Notes: generated by a model not told the origin, from the sequence alone. DNA of 45,729 nucleotides from Candidatus Zixiibacteriota bacterium (GCA_041742355.1 JBGSIV010000300.1:1-45729); one strand, 5' to 3'; shown: positions 1 through 10,779, counted from the stretch's first letter. A program made the numbers and translations.

Positions 1-429
1 GACAAAGCCGATACTGTCCAGCCAGGTTTGCTGGTAGATGCGATCGCCGAGGATCGTTATCCCCTCGCCGAAGTAATACCCGCCTGCCGGCCGAGTCGGC
101 AGCCGGCGCATCTGCAACACCTCGCCGGTGGTCAAATCGACCCGGCGAAGGCTCGAATTCTCCTCCTGTCCTGTTCCCTCGTACAGGAAACCGTCCCTGA
201 ATTCCAGACCCTCGGTGTAGGCATACGGGTCGTGCGGAAACTCGTTGACGACCGTATAGACATACTGCTTGATCGGTTCGCGCGTGACCGGCGGATTGTT
301 GCCACCGCCGTCGACGGGATTCTTCGAATCGTCATCGCAACCAGCCAGAAACACCAGTGCAATCGGAACCAGGACTGCCGCAGCAGCCCTGTACAGGGAT
401 CGAGTGGAATACGTCATATCGCCGCCCAT
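1..429 (-). CDS. Glutaminyl-peptide cyclotransferase (plant/bacterial-type glutaminyl cyclase), lipoprotein; runs off the left edge of the window
   Basis: Not in the ORF track, so translated by hand: (MGGD)MTYSTRSLYRAAAAVLVPIALVFLAGCDDD...YTVVNEFPHDPYAYTEGLEFRDGFLYEGTG...SSLRRVDLTTGEV...YFGEGITILGDRIYQQTW. Contains the PHD..A.T.GL and FGEG motifs and a lipobox LAGC. GAAGGAGG RBS lies upstream. Alternative start at 417. Confidence 0.9.
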   Translation of the reverse strand, partial: MGGDMTYSTRSLYRAAAAVLVPIALVFLAGCDDDSKNPVDGGGNNPPVTREPIKQYVYTVVNEFPHDPYAYTEGLEFRDGFLYEGTGQEENSSLRRVDLTTGEVLQMRRLPTRPAGGYYFGEGITILGDRIYQQTWLDSIGFV

Positions 430-500
430 AGCGGGCTACCCTCCTTCGATTCGCAACCGGAATACGCGAGCGAACCGTAGCCACCCTGCCCCGGCTTACG

Positions 501-1127
501 TCACTGCTGGCCGCTGCTCATCCGGGAGCATGTGATCTCCACCATTTTGAACGAATCCGCTCCCTTGGTGTGTTCCTTATCCGTGAAAACGATCTCGAAT
601 ACGTAGGTATCCTTGTCCGTGAAGCGAAGAATCATGTCGTATTCCTCGAGATGCCCCAGAACCGGGTTCATCGCCTCTCCCGACATCACGATAGTTCGCG
701 AAGAATCGTCAAACGTCCCGGCCGCCGTCACATAGTAGGTCCCCCACGAATCCATCAGAATTATGGTGTAGTGCCCGTATCGCCGGTCGAACCCGATGAT
801 GTTGACACCTTCCGTCTGCATCGGTTCTTCGCCGCTCACCCCCCGGCTCTCGAGAAATCGCCCCCCCAGGATCATCGTATTCGTGACCTTCCCCTCCATA
901 AGAACCGGCTCTCCCCCCGGCTCATGCCAGATCTTCAACGACTGCTTCCATTCTCCCGCGAGATCAGCCAGCCGCTGGTGCTCCGGCCCCGGCTTCGCCA
1001 TTTCCATGTACGCCGCCATCATCTCCGCGCCCGCGCCTTGCTGTTCCTCAGCCTCGTCCTGCGCCAAGATGCTCGTACTGAGTAGCGCCAGGGCCAACCC
1101 CGCGATCCATGTGACCATGCGATGCAT
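501..1127 (-). CDS. DUF1579 family secreted protein
   Basis: Signal peptide followed by 'AYMEMAKPGPEHQRLADLAGEW...MILGGRFL...GFD...Y...DSWGT', typical of DUF1579. Start trimmed to the ATG at 1127, which follows a GGAGG RBS. Confidence 0.8.
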   Translation of the reverse strand: MHRMVTWIAGLALALLSTSILAQDEAEEQQGAGAEMMAAYMEMAKPGPEHQRLADLAGEWKQSLKIWHEPGGEPVLMEGKVTNTMILGGRFLESRGVSGEEPMQTEGVNIIGFDRRYGHYTIILMDSWGTYYVTAAGTFDDSSRTIVMSGEAMNPVLGHLEEYDMILRFTDKDTYVFEIVFTDKEHTKGADSFKMVEITCSRMSSGQQ

Positions 1128-1327
1128 GTGAACTTCCTCCTCGATCACCACTTGAATCGGTTCTGTGTGAATGCACTTTGCGTTGAAACCTCGGGCCGCA
1201 CTCGACCCGCTAAACCTCTGTATTAACATCGTTTCCGGCTGTCTGTCAATGACAATCACTTTTCCGCGCAGCCCCGTGTCGCACTGTCTCGGAACTGTCA
1301 CCCGCCGTGGCTGTTTCTTCAATCAAG

Positions 1328-1744
1328 ATGATAACCGGACAGCGGCCACATGTGATCCGACGGGTGTGGTTCTCCGTCGTTGTCTTCTTGCTGGGCGCAT
1401 CCGCCTTCCCCGCGTTCTTCGCCTGCACCTCCGATGACTCCCCAGCCTCCCGCCTCAAGACCGAGCAGCGTCACCTCCAGACCGATCTCCGCGAGACGAT
1501 CGAAGCTATTGAGGAATGCCTTGCGGCAATCGAGGCACAGACTGATGCGAATGGCGCGGCTGGTGACACCGCCAGCCTCTCCGATACGGAAACTGATCGC
1601 CTGAGGCAAATCCGCTCCGCCCTCGCTTACCGCCTGCACCAGGTCGATCAGGTGCCCGATCTGTTGTGGCGGGATTTTCGTACCGATGCCGAGCGGCTCA
1701 TCAACGACGCTCGCCGATCAATGGTCGACACTGTCGGCGCCTGA
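1328..1744 (+). CDS. Hypothetical protein, probable lipoprotein with a coiled-coil/helical body
   Basis: Hydrophobic N-terminus ending in FFAC followed by a helical charged region. Start uncertain (1307, 1328 or 1364). Confidence 0.55.
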   Translation: MITGQRPHVIRRVWFSVVVFLLGASAFPAFFACTSDDSPASRLKTEQRHLQTDLRETIEAIEECLAAIEAQTDANGAAGDTASLSDTETDRLRQIRSALAYRLHQVDQVPDLLWRDFRTDAERLINDARRSMVDTVGA

Positions 1745-1880
1745 GCTGTTCCCTTCTGTCACTGGATTTATTGCTTTCTCCACCACATGCCGGCTTGTCT
1801 CTCTATTCCGAATATGCTATTATCAATCACCACTTACTGCGCCGAGTGCCGGCAGTAATACATACTAAGGGAGTAGCAGT

Positions 1881-4367
<2,487 letters not shown>

Positions 4368-4394
4368 TCAGCCGGATTAGCAGAGATACGACAG

Positions 4395-4427
4395 GAACGC
4401 CGGCGCTCGTAGTGAGCGCCGGCGTTC
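4395..4427. terminator. 14-bp perfect hairpin between convergent genes (probable terminator or mRNA-stabilising stem)
   Basis: GAACGCCGGCGCTC-gtagt-GAGCGCCGGCGTTC. No strong U-tract. Confidence 0.5.
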
Positions 4428-4534
4428 ACCTATTCACCAGAGAACCGGTATCCGTTCGCTCGCCCGGTTGCGAGGAGGAGGCCTCCGATGCCTCCTTTGA
4501 CAGGCGAGCCCAAAAGCTTTTCAAGTCAGTCGTC

Positions 4535-5692
4535 CTACAATTCCCGCCAGGCTACTATTTCCATCTCGCCGTTCGACGGCCGCTGGATTTTTCCGAGGTT
4601 CCGGTCGTAGTGGAATTTGGCGCTGTTGTGGCAGATGATATCGTACGCCACAATCGCCCCGAAGAACGCACCGGAATTCCGTAAGTCGGCTTCCCCTTCG
4701 GGACTGTAGAACACTGCGTTGATATCTCCGCTGTTCTTCAGGACGAAATCCCCCTGCGAGTAGATCACCAGGTCCTGCGGCATACCAGCGGTGTTCATTG
4801 AGGCCGAATTCTTCAGCTCAATATCACCGGTCACATACACTGTCGCCTGTGCACCCGGAGCAATCGACAGGGTGGCGCTGTTCTTGAGTATCACGCTCGA
4901 GAAGAAATATACGCCGTCTCCCAGCACGACATCATCCGACGACTCCAAAGCCTTCGTGGCCGGATTGTACGAGAACGTACCCGATATACCCGACGAATTG
5001 TCATTGTTCGCCAGTGCCCAGTCGAATTCCGACTGCGGCACCGGAGCCGGATGATCCTCGGGCGCCGAGCTGGTGGTGTCGCCATAGATCGTGGCTCCGG
5101 CGTTGATACTCAGTCCCCCGGGAAGGGAGGTGGAGACATTTCCGCCGATAGTCGCGCTGTTGTGAACCGTGATCGTCCCGTTCGAGCCAATATCTCCGTC
5201 CAGCCACTCCTGCGTCGCCGCATACGTCCCCGAATCGGAGTTGTACGAATCGGTCTCGAAGCTGTTCTTGATTTCGACTGAGTTCTCGCCGAACATAGCC
5301 TTCAGGAACGGGTGGTTCTTCTTCGGCACCAGCGTCATTTCGACCGATGCCTGGGCGTCGTTCAGGTTGCCGGTCGACAACACGATTACGGTATCGGACA
5401 GCGCCGGATTCACGGCGCTGTCGGTTATGGTCACCCCGTACGCCCCGTCGCCGAACGAGACGTTGGCAAAGCCAGCCGTCCAGCCCGGGTTGTCGTTAAT
5501 CGTAACGAACGCCCGTTTCGCCCCCGCCTCGGCGAGGTAGAACGCCCGTTCACCGTTGACGACGTTGAACGAAAGTTCCATATCGGTCGACGATGTATCC
5601 ACCGCCATAATCGCCACAAGAGAAAGCATCGCTGTCAGAAGCAGCGCGATTAGGAGCGCGCTTCCCTTTTCGGACCCAATCCGTGATTGCAT
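4535..5692 (-). CDS. pilX: PilX-like minor pilin (PilX N-terminal domain plus beta-rich C-terminal domain), paralog 2
   Basis: Class III signal EKG|SALLIALLLTAMLSL lacking Glu5, PilX-typical 'AFYLAEAG', and a C-terminus 'IVAWREL'. Confidence 0.75.
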   Translation of the reverse strand: MQSRIGSEKGSALLIALLLTAMLSLVAIMAVDTSSTDMELSFNVVNGERAFYLAEAGAKRAFVTINDNPGWTAGFANVSFGDGAYGVTITDSAVNPALSDTVIVLSTGNLNDAQASVEMTLVPKKNHPFLKAMFGENSVEIKNSFETDSYNSDSGTYAATQEWLDGDIGSNGTITVHNSATIGGNVSTSLPGGLSINAGATIYGDTTSSAPEDHPAPVPQSEFDWALANNDNSSGISGTFSYNPATKALESSDDVVLGDGVYFFSSVILKNSATLSIAPGAQATVYVTGDIELKNSASMNTAGMPQDLVIYSQGDFVLKNSGDINAVFYSPEGEADLRNSGAFFGAIVAYDIICHNSAKFHYDRNLGKIQRPSNGEMEIVAWREL

Positions 5693-5812
5693 TCGGCCCT
5701 CCCGGACTCTGGTGATTTGCTGGGCGGATCCGTTCAGTCCAATCCGCCCGCACTATTAGCTGTTACTGAATCTATCAAGTCCCATAATTCTTCCGTCGTT
5801 GCGGCAGTCATC

Positions 5813-6979
5813 CTATAGCTCTTTCCAGGCTACCTGGATCATCTCGCCGGTTGTGCCGTGCACGACCTTGCCGAGGCTTCTGTCGTAGTGGAAACAGGCC
5901 CCCTGGTCGAGTTTGATCGTATTGGCGACCAGCGCGCCGTACACCTGCGTGGTCTGGTCGTACTGGATGTGCGCATCCGGGCCGTAGAACGACGCGTAGA
6001 ATTCACACCCCTGGTTGAACGCCAGCGAGGTCCCCTGCGAAAAGAACTGCAGGTTTGCGGGCTGGCCTCCGGTATTCACCTTGCTGTACTGACCGAACGT
6101 GATATTACCTGACATGTAAATCGTCACCTTTGCACCGGGCGCCAGAGCGATATTCGAATACTGCCCCAGCGTGATGGTCGAAAAGTAGTACACCCCGCTT
6201 GTCAGTGTCACTGTCGCGTTCTTCCCCAGGGTCAGCGCCTTCGTGCTGTTGTTGTACGTGAAGGTCCCGGACATGCCGGACGATGCGACACTGTGGGCCC
6301 TGGCCCAATCATACTCCGACTGCGGAATTTCCGGCAGCACCACCGAGTCCTTCGTAGTCGAGGTATCTCCGAGCACTTTTGCGCCCGCGCCGAGCGTGAT
6401 GCCGCCGGCCGTCGCCGTAAACGCGTCGCCACCGATGGTCACCAGCTTGGCTGTCGTAATCGTTCCATTTGTGCCGATATCCCCTTCATCAGGCAGCAGA
6501 GTTGACGCATAGGTCCCGGAGTCGGAGTTGTACGAGTCAGTGCAACCCGCCTGATCGAAGTTGATCCAGGCGTCGGCCCACATAGCATAGGTGAACGGAT
6601 AGTAGTATACCGGCACGGTCCACAACTCGACCTCGGCCTGGGCATCCTGTACGTTCCCCTGAGACCGGATGACGACGGTGTCGAACAATGCCGGCGTCCC
6701 CACAGAGTCAAACATCTGTACCGAAAACGCCCCCTGGCCGAAGCCGGTGTTGTTGTATCCGGTCCGCCAGTCATCGTCGTCGTTGAGCGCCACGAACGCC
6801 CGCTTCGCTCCCGCCTCGGCGTTGTAGAACGCCGACTCGAGATTGGACTGGTTGTACGCCAGTTCAATGTCGGTGTTCGACGTATCCACCGCCATGATAG
6901 CGATCAGCGACAGCATCGCCGTCAGCAGAAGCGCTATCAGCAGTGCACTCCCTCTATTCGTATTCAGCCGCTTGTTCAT
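5813..6979 (-). CDS. pilX: PilX-like minor pilin, paralog 1
   Basis: NRG|SALLIALLLTAMLSL, 'AFYNAEAG', C-terminus 'QVAWKEL'. GAGGAG RBS before the ATG at 6979. Confidence 0.75.
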   Translation of the reverse strand: MNKRLNTNRGSALLIALLLTAMLSLIAIMAVDTSNTDIELAYNQSNLESAFYNAEAGAKRAFVALNDDDDWRTGYNNTGFGQGAFSVQMFDSVGTPALFDTVVIRSQGNVQDAQAEVELWTVPVYYYPFTYAMWADAWINFDQAGCTDSYNSDSGTYASTLLPDEGDIGTNGTITTAKLVTIGGDAFTATAGGITLGAGAKVLGDTSTTKDSVVLPEIPQSEYDWARAHSVASSGMSGTFTYNNSTKALTLGKNATVTLTSGVYYFSTITLGQYSNIALAPGAKVTIYMSGNITFGQYSKVNTGGQPANLQFFSQGTSLAFNQGCEFYASFYGPDAHIQYDQTTQVYGALVANTIKLDQGACFHYDRSLGKVVHGTTGEMIQVAWKEL

Positions 6980-6993
6980 GGTCACTCCTCGCG

Positions 6994-7560
6994 TTAAATG
7001 GACAGGTTGCGGATACTCACCCGCTCCGTGCTGGTGAATGAGCGAAAGCCGCTGTCACGCTCCCAGGTATCGTCCGCGCGGATGGTCTGCGCTTCAATCG
7101 AGACCTCGACCGTCGACGCATCGATGATGTTGTAGTCAATCGACCGTACGACATCGGAGAAGATCGACGGGGCGGCGCTGTTCACCTTCTTCATCAGGAA
7201 CATCGGCTGCCAGTCCGAGGGCTTGCCACTGGCCAGGAACGTGTTCTGGTCGAGGTAGTACAGCACCGTGTCAACCGGCTTGGTATCACTGTAGTAGACG
7301 AACAGGCTGTCGCCGTTAACCTGGAAGGCAGCGTGGCCAGTCGGCAGCTTGTAGCCGGCCATCCGCAGCGTCTTGGCGATTTCCTGCAGGCTCGACCGCG
7401 CCGTGTGCTGCATGTTCGAGATGTCCTCCTGCACGGACGCCGAGTTGTGCATCGATACGTAGAAGGCAAACCCGGAGGCCGCGATAATCCCGGTCAGCAG
7501 CAGCGCAATGAGCAGCTCCAGGATGGTGTAGCCCGCGTTATTCTGTAATCTGGCACACAT
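6994..7560 (-). CDS. pilW: PilW-like prepilin-type N-terminal cleavage/methylation protein
   Basis: AG|YTILELLIALLL prepilin motif with Glu5, and 'LRMAGY' typical of PilW. Start 7560 or 7569. Confidence 0.75.
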   Translation of the reverse strand: MCARLQNNAGYTILELLIALLLTGIIAASGFAFYVSMHNSASVQEDISNMQHTARSSLQEIAKTLRMAGYKLPTGHAAFQVNGDSLFVYYSDTKPVDTVLYYLDQNTFLASGKPSDWQPMFLMKKVNSAAPSIFSDVVRSIDYNIIDASTVEVSIEAQTIRADDTWERDSGFRSFTSTERVSIRNLSI

Positions 7561-7578
7561 GGCTCTCATCCTTTCGCG

Positions 7579-7977
7579 TCAGGATTCCAGGATAAAGGTT
7601 GAGTACCGGGTCGTCCGCGGCACATTCGAGCCGTCGTTCCACGATACCTGGACATCAATCTGGAACACGCCTTCGGGGATCAGGCTGTCCGTGGCATGCC
7701 CCCGCAAGAAGGTCGAACGGTTGTACTTTCCGCCTTCAAGCCCCGTCTCCGTCTGCGTAAACGGAGTGGCCGGAAGAGCCGACAGTCCTTCGAAAAGCTC
7801 CACCTGTTCCTTGGCCAGGGTGGCCGCCACGGTGTTGTCGCGGGACATCATGTTCCCCTCGATCGACATCGTGAGCATCGGCGCGAGCCCGAGGAGTCCG
7901 ACCGCAAGCACGATCATCCCGATCAGGACTTCCAGAAGACTCCAGCCGGATTCATTGCTAAGGTATTTGATCTTCAT
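7579..7977 (-). CDS. pilV: PilV-like prepilin-type N-terminal cleavage/methylation protein
   Basis: ESG|WSLLEVLIGMIVLAVGLLGL, 'ATLAKEQVE', 'VQVSW'. AAGGAG RBS before the ATG at 7977. Confidence 0.75.
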   Translation of the reverse strand: MKIKYLSNESGWSLLEVLIGMIVLAVGLLGLAPMLTMSIEGNMMSRDNTVAATLAKEQVELFEGLSALPATPFTQTETGLEGGKYNRSTFLRGHATDSLIPEGVFQIDVQVSWNDGSNVPRTTRYSTFILES

Positions 7978-8010
7978 ATCGTTGGCTCCTTCATCTTTGC
8001 CTATTCTCAT

Positions 8011-8027
8011 CGCAAAAGGGCTGCCAA
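8011..8027 (-). promoter_or_regulatory. sigma54 (-24/-12) promoter of the minor-pilin operon
   Basis: Minus strand TTGGCAGCCCTTTTGCG has exact GG-N10-GC spacing with TTGC, about 34 nt upstream of the pilV start. Confidence 0.7.
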
Positions 8028-8206
8028 CGACCAACCGATCGTCCCGCGAACGCCGAGTTGGCTGTAACGCATTGATGTTCCGAACCATAGCCCGGCGCCC
8101 CGGGGCCATTCACCGAACCTCCCGATACAAATCTATGGGAGATCGCCCATACTCTGCCGGAATCCTTCCCAACGGCAGGGGCGGTTCAGTGTGGATCGAC
8201 CGTGAC

Positions 8207-8237
8207 AAGAAAACCGCAGGGTCTCTAACCCTGCGGT
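8207..8237 (-). terminator. Rho-independent terminator after ssb
   Basis: ACCGCAGGGT-tagag-ACCCTGCGGT followed by TTTCTT on the minus strand. Confidence 0.7.
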
Positions 8238-8257
8238 CGGGGGAACGAGCGGATCGG

Positions 8258-8689
8258 TTAGAACGGCAGATCCGACTGATCGTCGCCAGCCCTCGACTGC
8301 GCCGTTTTCAGCTGCCTGCCCTGCTTGCCCGGCGCCCCCTGCTCCTGATCCCGTTTCTCCTGACGGCTGCCGAGGAACTCAAGGCTCTGCACCACCACTT
8401 CCGAAACATACCGCCGGTTGCCGTCTTTGTCATCGTATGAACGGTTCACTATCCGCCCCTCGATGTACACCCGGTTCCCCTTGGTCAGGTACTGGTGGAT
8501 CACTTCGGCCTGACGACCCCAGGCGACGATGTTGTGCCAGGTGGTATACTCCTGGCGCTGGCCCTCGTCGTCCGTCATCCGCTCCGTCGTCGCCAGCGTA
8601 AACGTACACAACTGCTTGCCGGAGGAGGTCGAGCGAAGCTCCGGATCGCGCCCGAGATTGCCGACGAGGATCGCCTTGTTCACACTCAT
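8258..8689 (-). CDS. ssb: Single-stranded DNA-binding protein
   Basis: MSVNKAILVGNLGRDPELR...WHNIVAWG...KG..VYIEGR, with acidic tail DDQSDLPF. Confidence 0.95.
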   Translation of the reverse strand: MSVNKAILVGNLGRDPELRSTSSGKQLCTFTLATTERMTDDEGQRQEYTTWHNIVAWGRQAEVIHQYLTKGNRVYIEGRIVNRSYDDKDGNRRYVSEVVVQSLEFLGSRQEKRDQEQGAPGKQGRQLKTAQSRAGDDQSDLPF

Positions 8690-9864
8690 GCCGCCCCCTT
8701 CCGTTCAAGCTGCCTCAGGTAGTCCTTGAGCGCCACCGCCAGTTTCTTCAGGCTGTGGGGCGATGCAAGCTGGGGATCCTCGGTCGCCTTTCCCTCCAGG
8801 GGCGTCACCAGATATCTCCGTCGCAGTTCGAGGACCTTGTCGCTGATTTGTGCGGCCGCATCTCCCGTTTTCCCGAGTTGCCAGCACGCCTGTTCGAGAT
8901 CATCGACCTGCTGACGGTAGTTCGCCGCCGCGAGCTCGGTCAAATCCTGGAGCGCCCTCTGGAGCGTCGGCGCGTCAGCGTCCTTGATCGTCTCGATGCT
9001 CTCGGCCGGCGGGCAGTGTTTCTTGATCCAGGCGCTCGCCCGTGTCTTGACATCGAACCCGGCGATCCCCTCCTGAATGAACTGCTGCACACCGGCGGTG
9101 ACCTTCATCGTCAGCTTGTGGTGCTCGTCGCTCTCGGCCTGCGCGTTGTCGTTTGCCTCGGCCTCACGCTCGAAACCCTCCAGCCAGGCAATCACCGGCT
9201 CCGCGAAGTTCTGCCCGGGCTTGGGAAACAGGCGGTCGGCCAACGCCGAGCAGCGTGTCTTGCTCACGAGCAGGTCGTGGTCCTGATCGATATCCCCCAC
9301 AATATCGAATTCGTACTCGAGCCCGTCTCGCTGGACCGGCTGCATCCCGACCTTGCGGACGACCGTCTTGCCTGAGTGCGGATCCTTCTCCTGCACATAC
9401 TCCATTTTGGTCCGCATCGTGACAATCAGGTGCCCCGGGTAGGTCAGCATGGTCTCGATCAACTGGTGCTGCTTCGGCGTCGCTTCCCCCCAAGCGGCGT
9501 ACGGATTCGGCGACTTCATCTTGCGGGCCGTCTTGTCGACAAATTCGAGCAACCCTCCCGGACCTGACCAGGCATGAGAGAGGCTGTCGATAATGAGAAT
9601 CCCATAACCAGCCTCTGCTGCTTCGTTGATCGCGTCGATATAGTTCTCGACTGCGAACAAACTCAATTCGACGACATCGAAAGAAAACCGGTCGGCATAC
9701 TTCGACGCCGAGCCGTGCTCCGTGTCTATCACCGCGATTTTGAGCCCAAAATGGCTGGCCAGCCGTGTGGCGTGGTCCAGGGCGGTATAAGTTTTACCGC
9801 TGCCTGAGGGGCCCAGGAGCGCCTCGCGCAGCCGGATTCGCTTTCGGGTAGCCTTGTGAAACAT
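8686..9864 (-). CDS. Sak4-like AAA_24 ATPase (phage-type single-strand annealing protein family) with a helical C-terminal extension
   Basis: MFHKATRK...LLGPSGSGKTYTAL (Walker A), 'IAVIDTEHGSASKYAD', 'LIIDSLSHAW', 'VTMRTK.EY', 'G..PVQRDGLEYEFD', 'SKTRC'. Overlaps the ssb start (ATGA). Start trimmed from 10029 to 9864. Confidence 0.8.
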   Translation of the reverse strand: MFHKATRKRIRLREALLGPSGSGKTYTALDHATRLASHFGLKIAVIDTEHGSASKYADRFSFDVVELSLFAVENYIDAINEAAEAGYGILIIDSLSHAWSGPGGLLEFVDKTARKMKSPNPYAAWGEATPKQHQLIETMLTYPGHLIVTMRTKMEYVQEKDPHSGKTVVRKVGMQPVQRDGLEYEFDIVGDIDQDHDLLVSKTRCSALADRLFPKPGQNFAEPVIAWLEGFEREAEANDNAQAESDEHHKLTMKVTAGVQQFIQEGIAGFDVKTRASAWIKKHCPPAESIETIKDADAPTLQRALQDLTELAAANYRQQVDDLEQACWQLGKTGDAAAQISDKVLELRRRYLVTPLEGKATEDPQLASPHSLKKLAVALKDYLRQLERKGAA

Positions 9865-10017
9865 TATCGCTTTCCCTTCACTCTTCATTCCCCCGTTCCC
9901 GGCGGTGCGTCGGGCACAGATTCCCACTTTCGGACTTGTTTCCGCACCACGCTCGCATCCGCGGCTCTGCCGCAGGCAACCAAGGTGTGGCCGCAAGGTG
10001 AGCTCGGGAACGAGGGT

Positions 10018-10034
10018 TGCTGTGCTCATGCCAA
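10018..10034 (-). promoter_or_regulatory. Possible sigma54 promoter upstream of the Sak4-like/ssb operon
   Basis: Minus strand TTGGCATGAGCACAGCA has GG-N10-GC spacing, but CA replaces the consensus TT before GC. Confidence 0.35.
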
Positions 10035-10290
10035 CTGCGATTTATACAGGCGAACCCCGAAGAAAGAGGCGGGCGCGGAGTTAAATGTGATGGTTCCCCG
10101 CCGGATTGTCGCCTCCGTAATCGACTGGCATACCGCAGTTTAAAACACACCATTCACACACAACTCGAACCAAGTGCCGCAGCCCAGCCCCGACAGAGCG
10201 GGGCACGCCGAGGTGCGATTATTCGCCGTGACGGGAAGATTCCGGAGCGTGCGTCGTGGGATCAGAATGTTGGGAGAAATCAATAAAGAA

Positions 10291-10364
10291 TACCGGGGGG
10301 CAGGGTCGAACTGCCGACTTCCAGATCCACAATCTGGCGCTCTAACCATCTGAGCTACCCCGGC
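10291..10364 (-). tRNA. tRNA-His (GTG); CCA not encoded
   Basis: GCCGGGG TA GCTC AGATGGTTA GAGC G CCAGA TT GTG GA TCTGG AAGTC GGCAG TTCGACC CTGCC CCCCGGT A folds into a full cloverleaf. Confidence 0.95.
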
Positions 10365-10376
10365 ATGTGCGGCCAA

Positions 10377-10404
10377 AAGGTAGTATTTTTTCCGGGCAAG
10401 TCAA
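10377..10404 (-). promoter_or_regulatory. sigma70-type promoter of tRNA-His
   Basis: TTGACT-N16-TACCTT, ending 12 nt before tRNA G1. Confidence 0.6.
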
Positions 10405-10506
10405 GGCTTTTCCGCTCGCCCCGGCTTATCCACTTTCGCCAGCCTCCCTAACCGGCAGCCGTTGTCCTCATGCGCGGGCAGACTAATCCGGGCGCCGGCC
10501 CGCGCA

Positions 10507-10779
10507 CTACGCCAGCAGGCTCACCAACCCGGCAATGACCAGCACAATCGCCACTACCGGCAGCAGAATGCCTACCACCGCGCCGAGTATTCCCCCGAAG
10601 ACGCCGACAACTGCCCCAAGAATGCCGATCACGACGCCCCCAACAGCGGCTGCCGTCCCCACAATGACCCCGAACAGCCCGGCCGCGATCGCAATCAACA
10701 CGCCCAGCCCGCCGACGCCCAGAAATACCAGCAAGAAGATTATCGCGAAGACTCCGGCGACACCCTTGACCATAGCCAT
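10507..10779 (-). CDS. Small Gly/Val/Ala-rich membrane protein
   Basis: 90 aa, almost entirely hydrophobic, with repeated GxxxG/GxxG. GGAGGG RBS before the ATG. Confidence 0.65.
   Translation of the reverse strand: MAMVKGVAGVFAIIFLLVFLGVGGLGVLIAIAAGLFGVIVGTAAAVGGVVIGILGAVVGVFGGILGAVVGILLPVVAIVLVIAGLVSLLA

Noticed and set aside
28..480. 150-aa plus-strand ORF
   Set aside because: The minus-strand frame encodes a clear glutaminyl cyclase that runs off the window edge.
9865..10029. N-terminal extension of the AAA ATPase as given in the ORF track
   Set aside because: Family similarity begins at MFHKATRK (9864), which has a purine-rich RBS. The extension looks non-coding.
10028..10144. Integron attC site
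   Set aside because: The ends (TGCCAAC / GTTTAAA) do not fit RYYYAAC / GTTRRRY well, and there is no cassette array or integrase.
8258..10364. Intact prophage or integrative element at tRNA-His
   Set aside because: No integrase, no structural or replication genes, and I found no duplicated tRNA 3' end (att) in the window.
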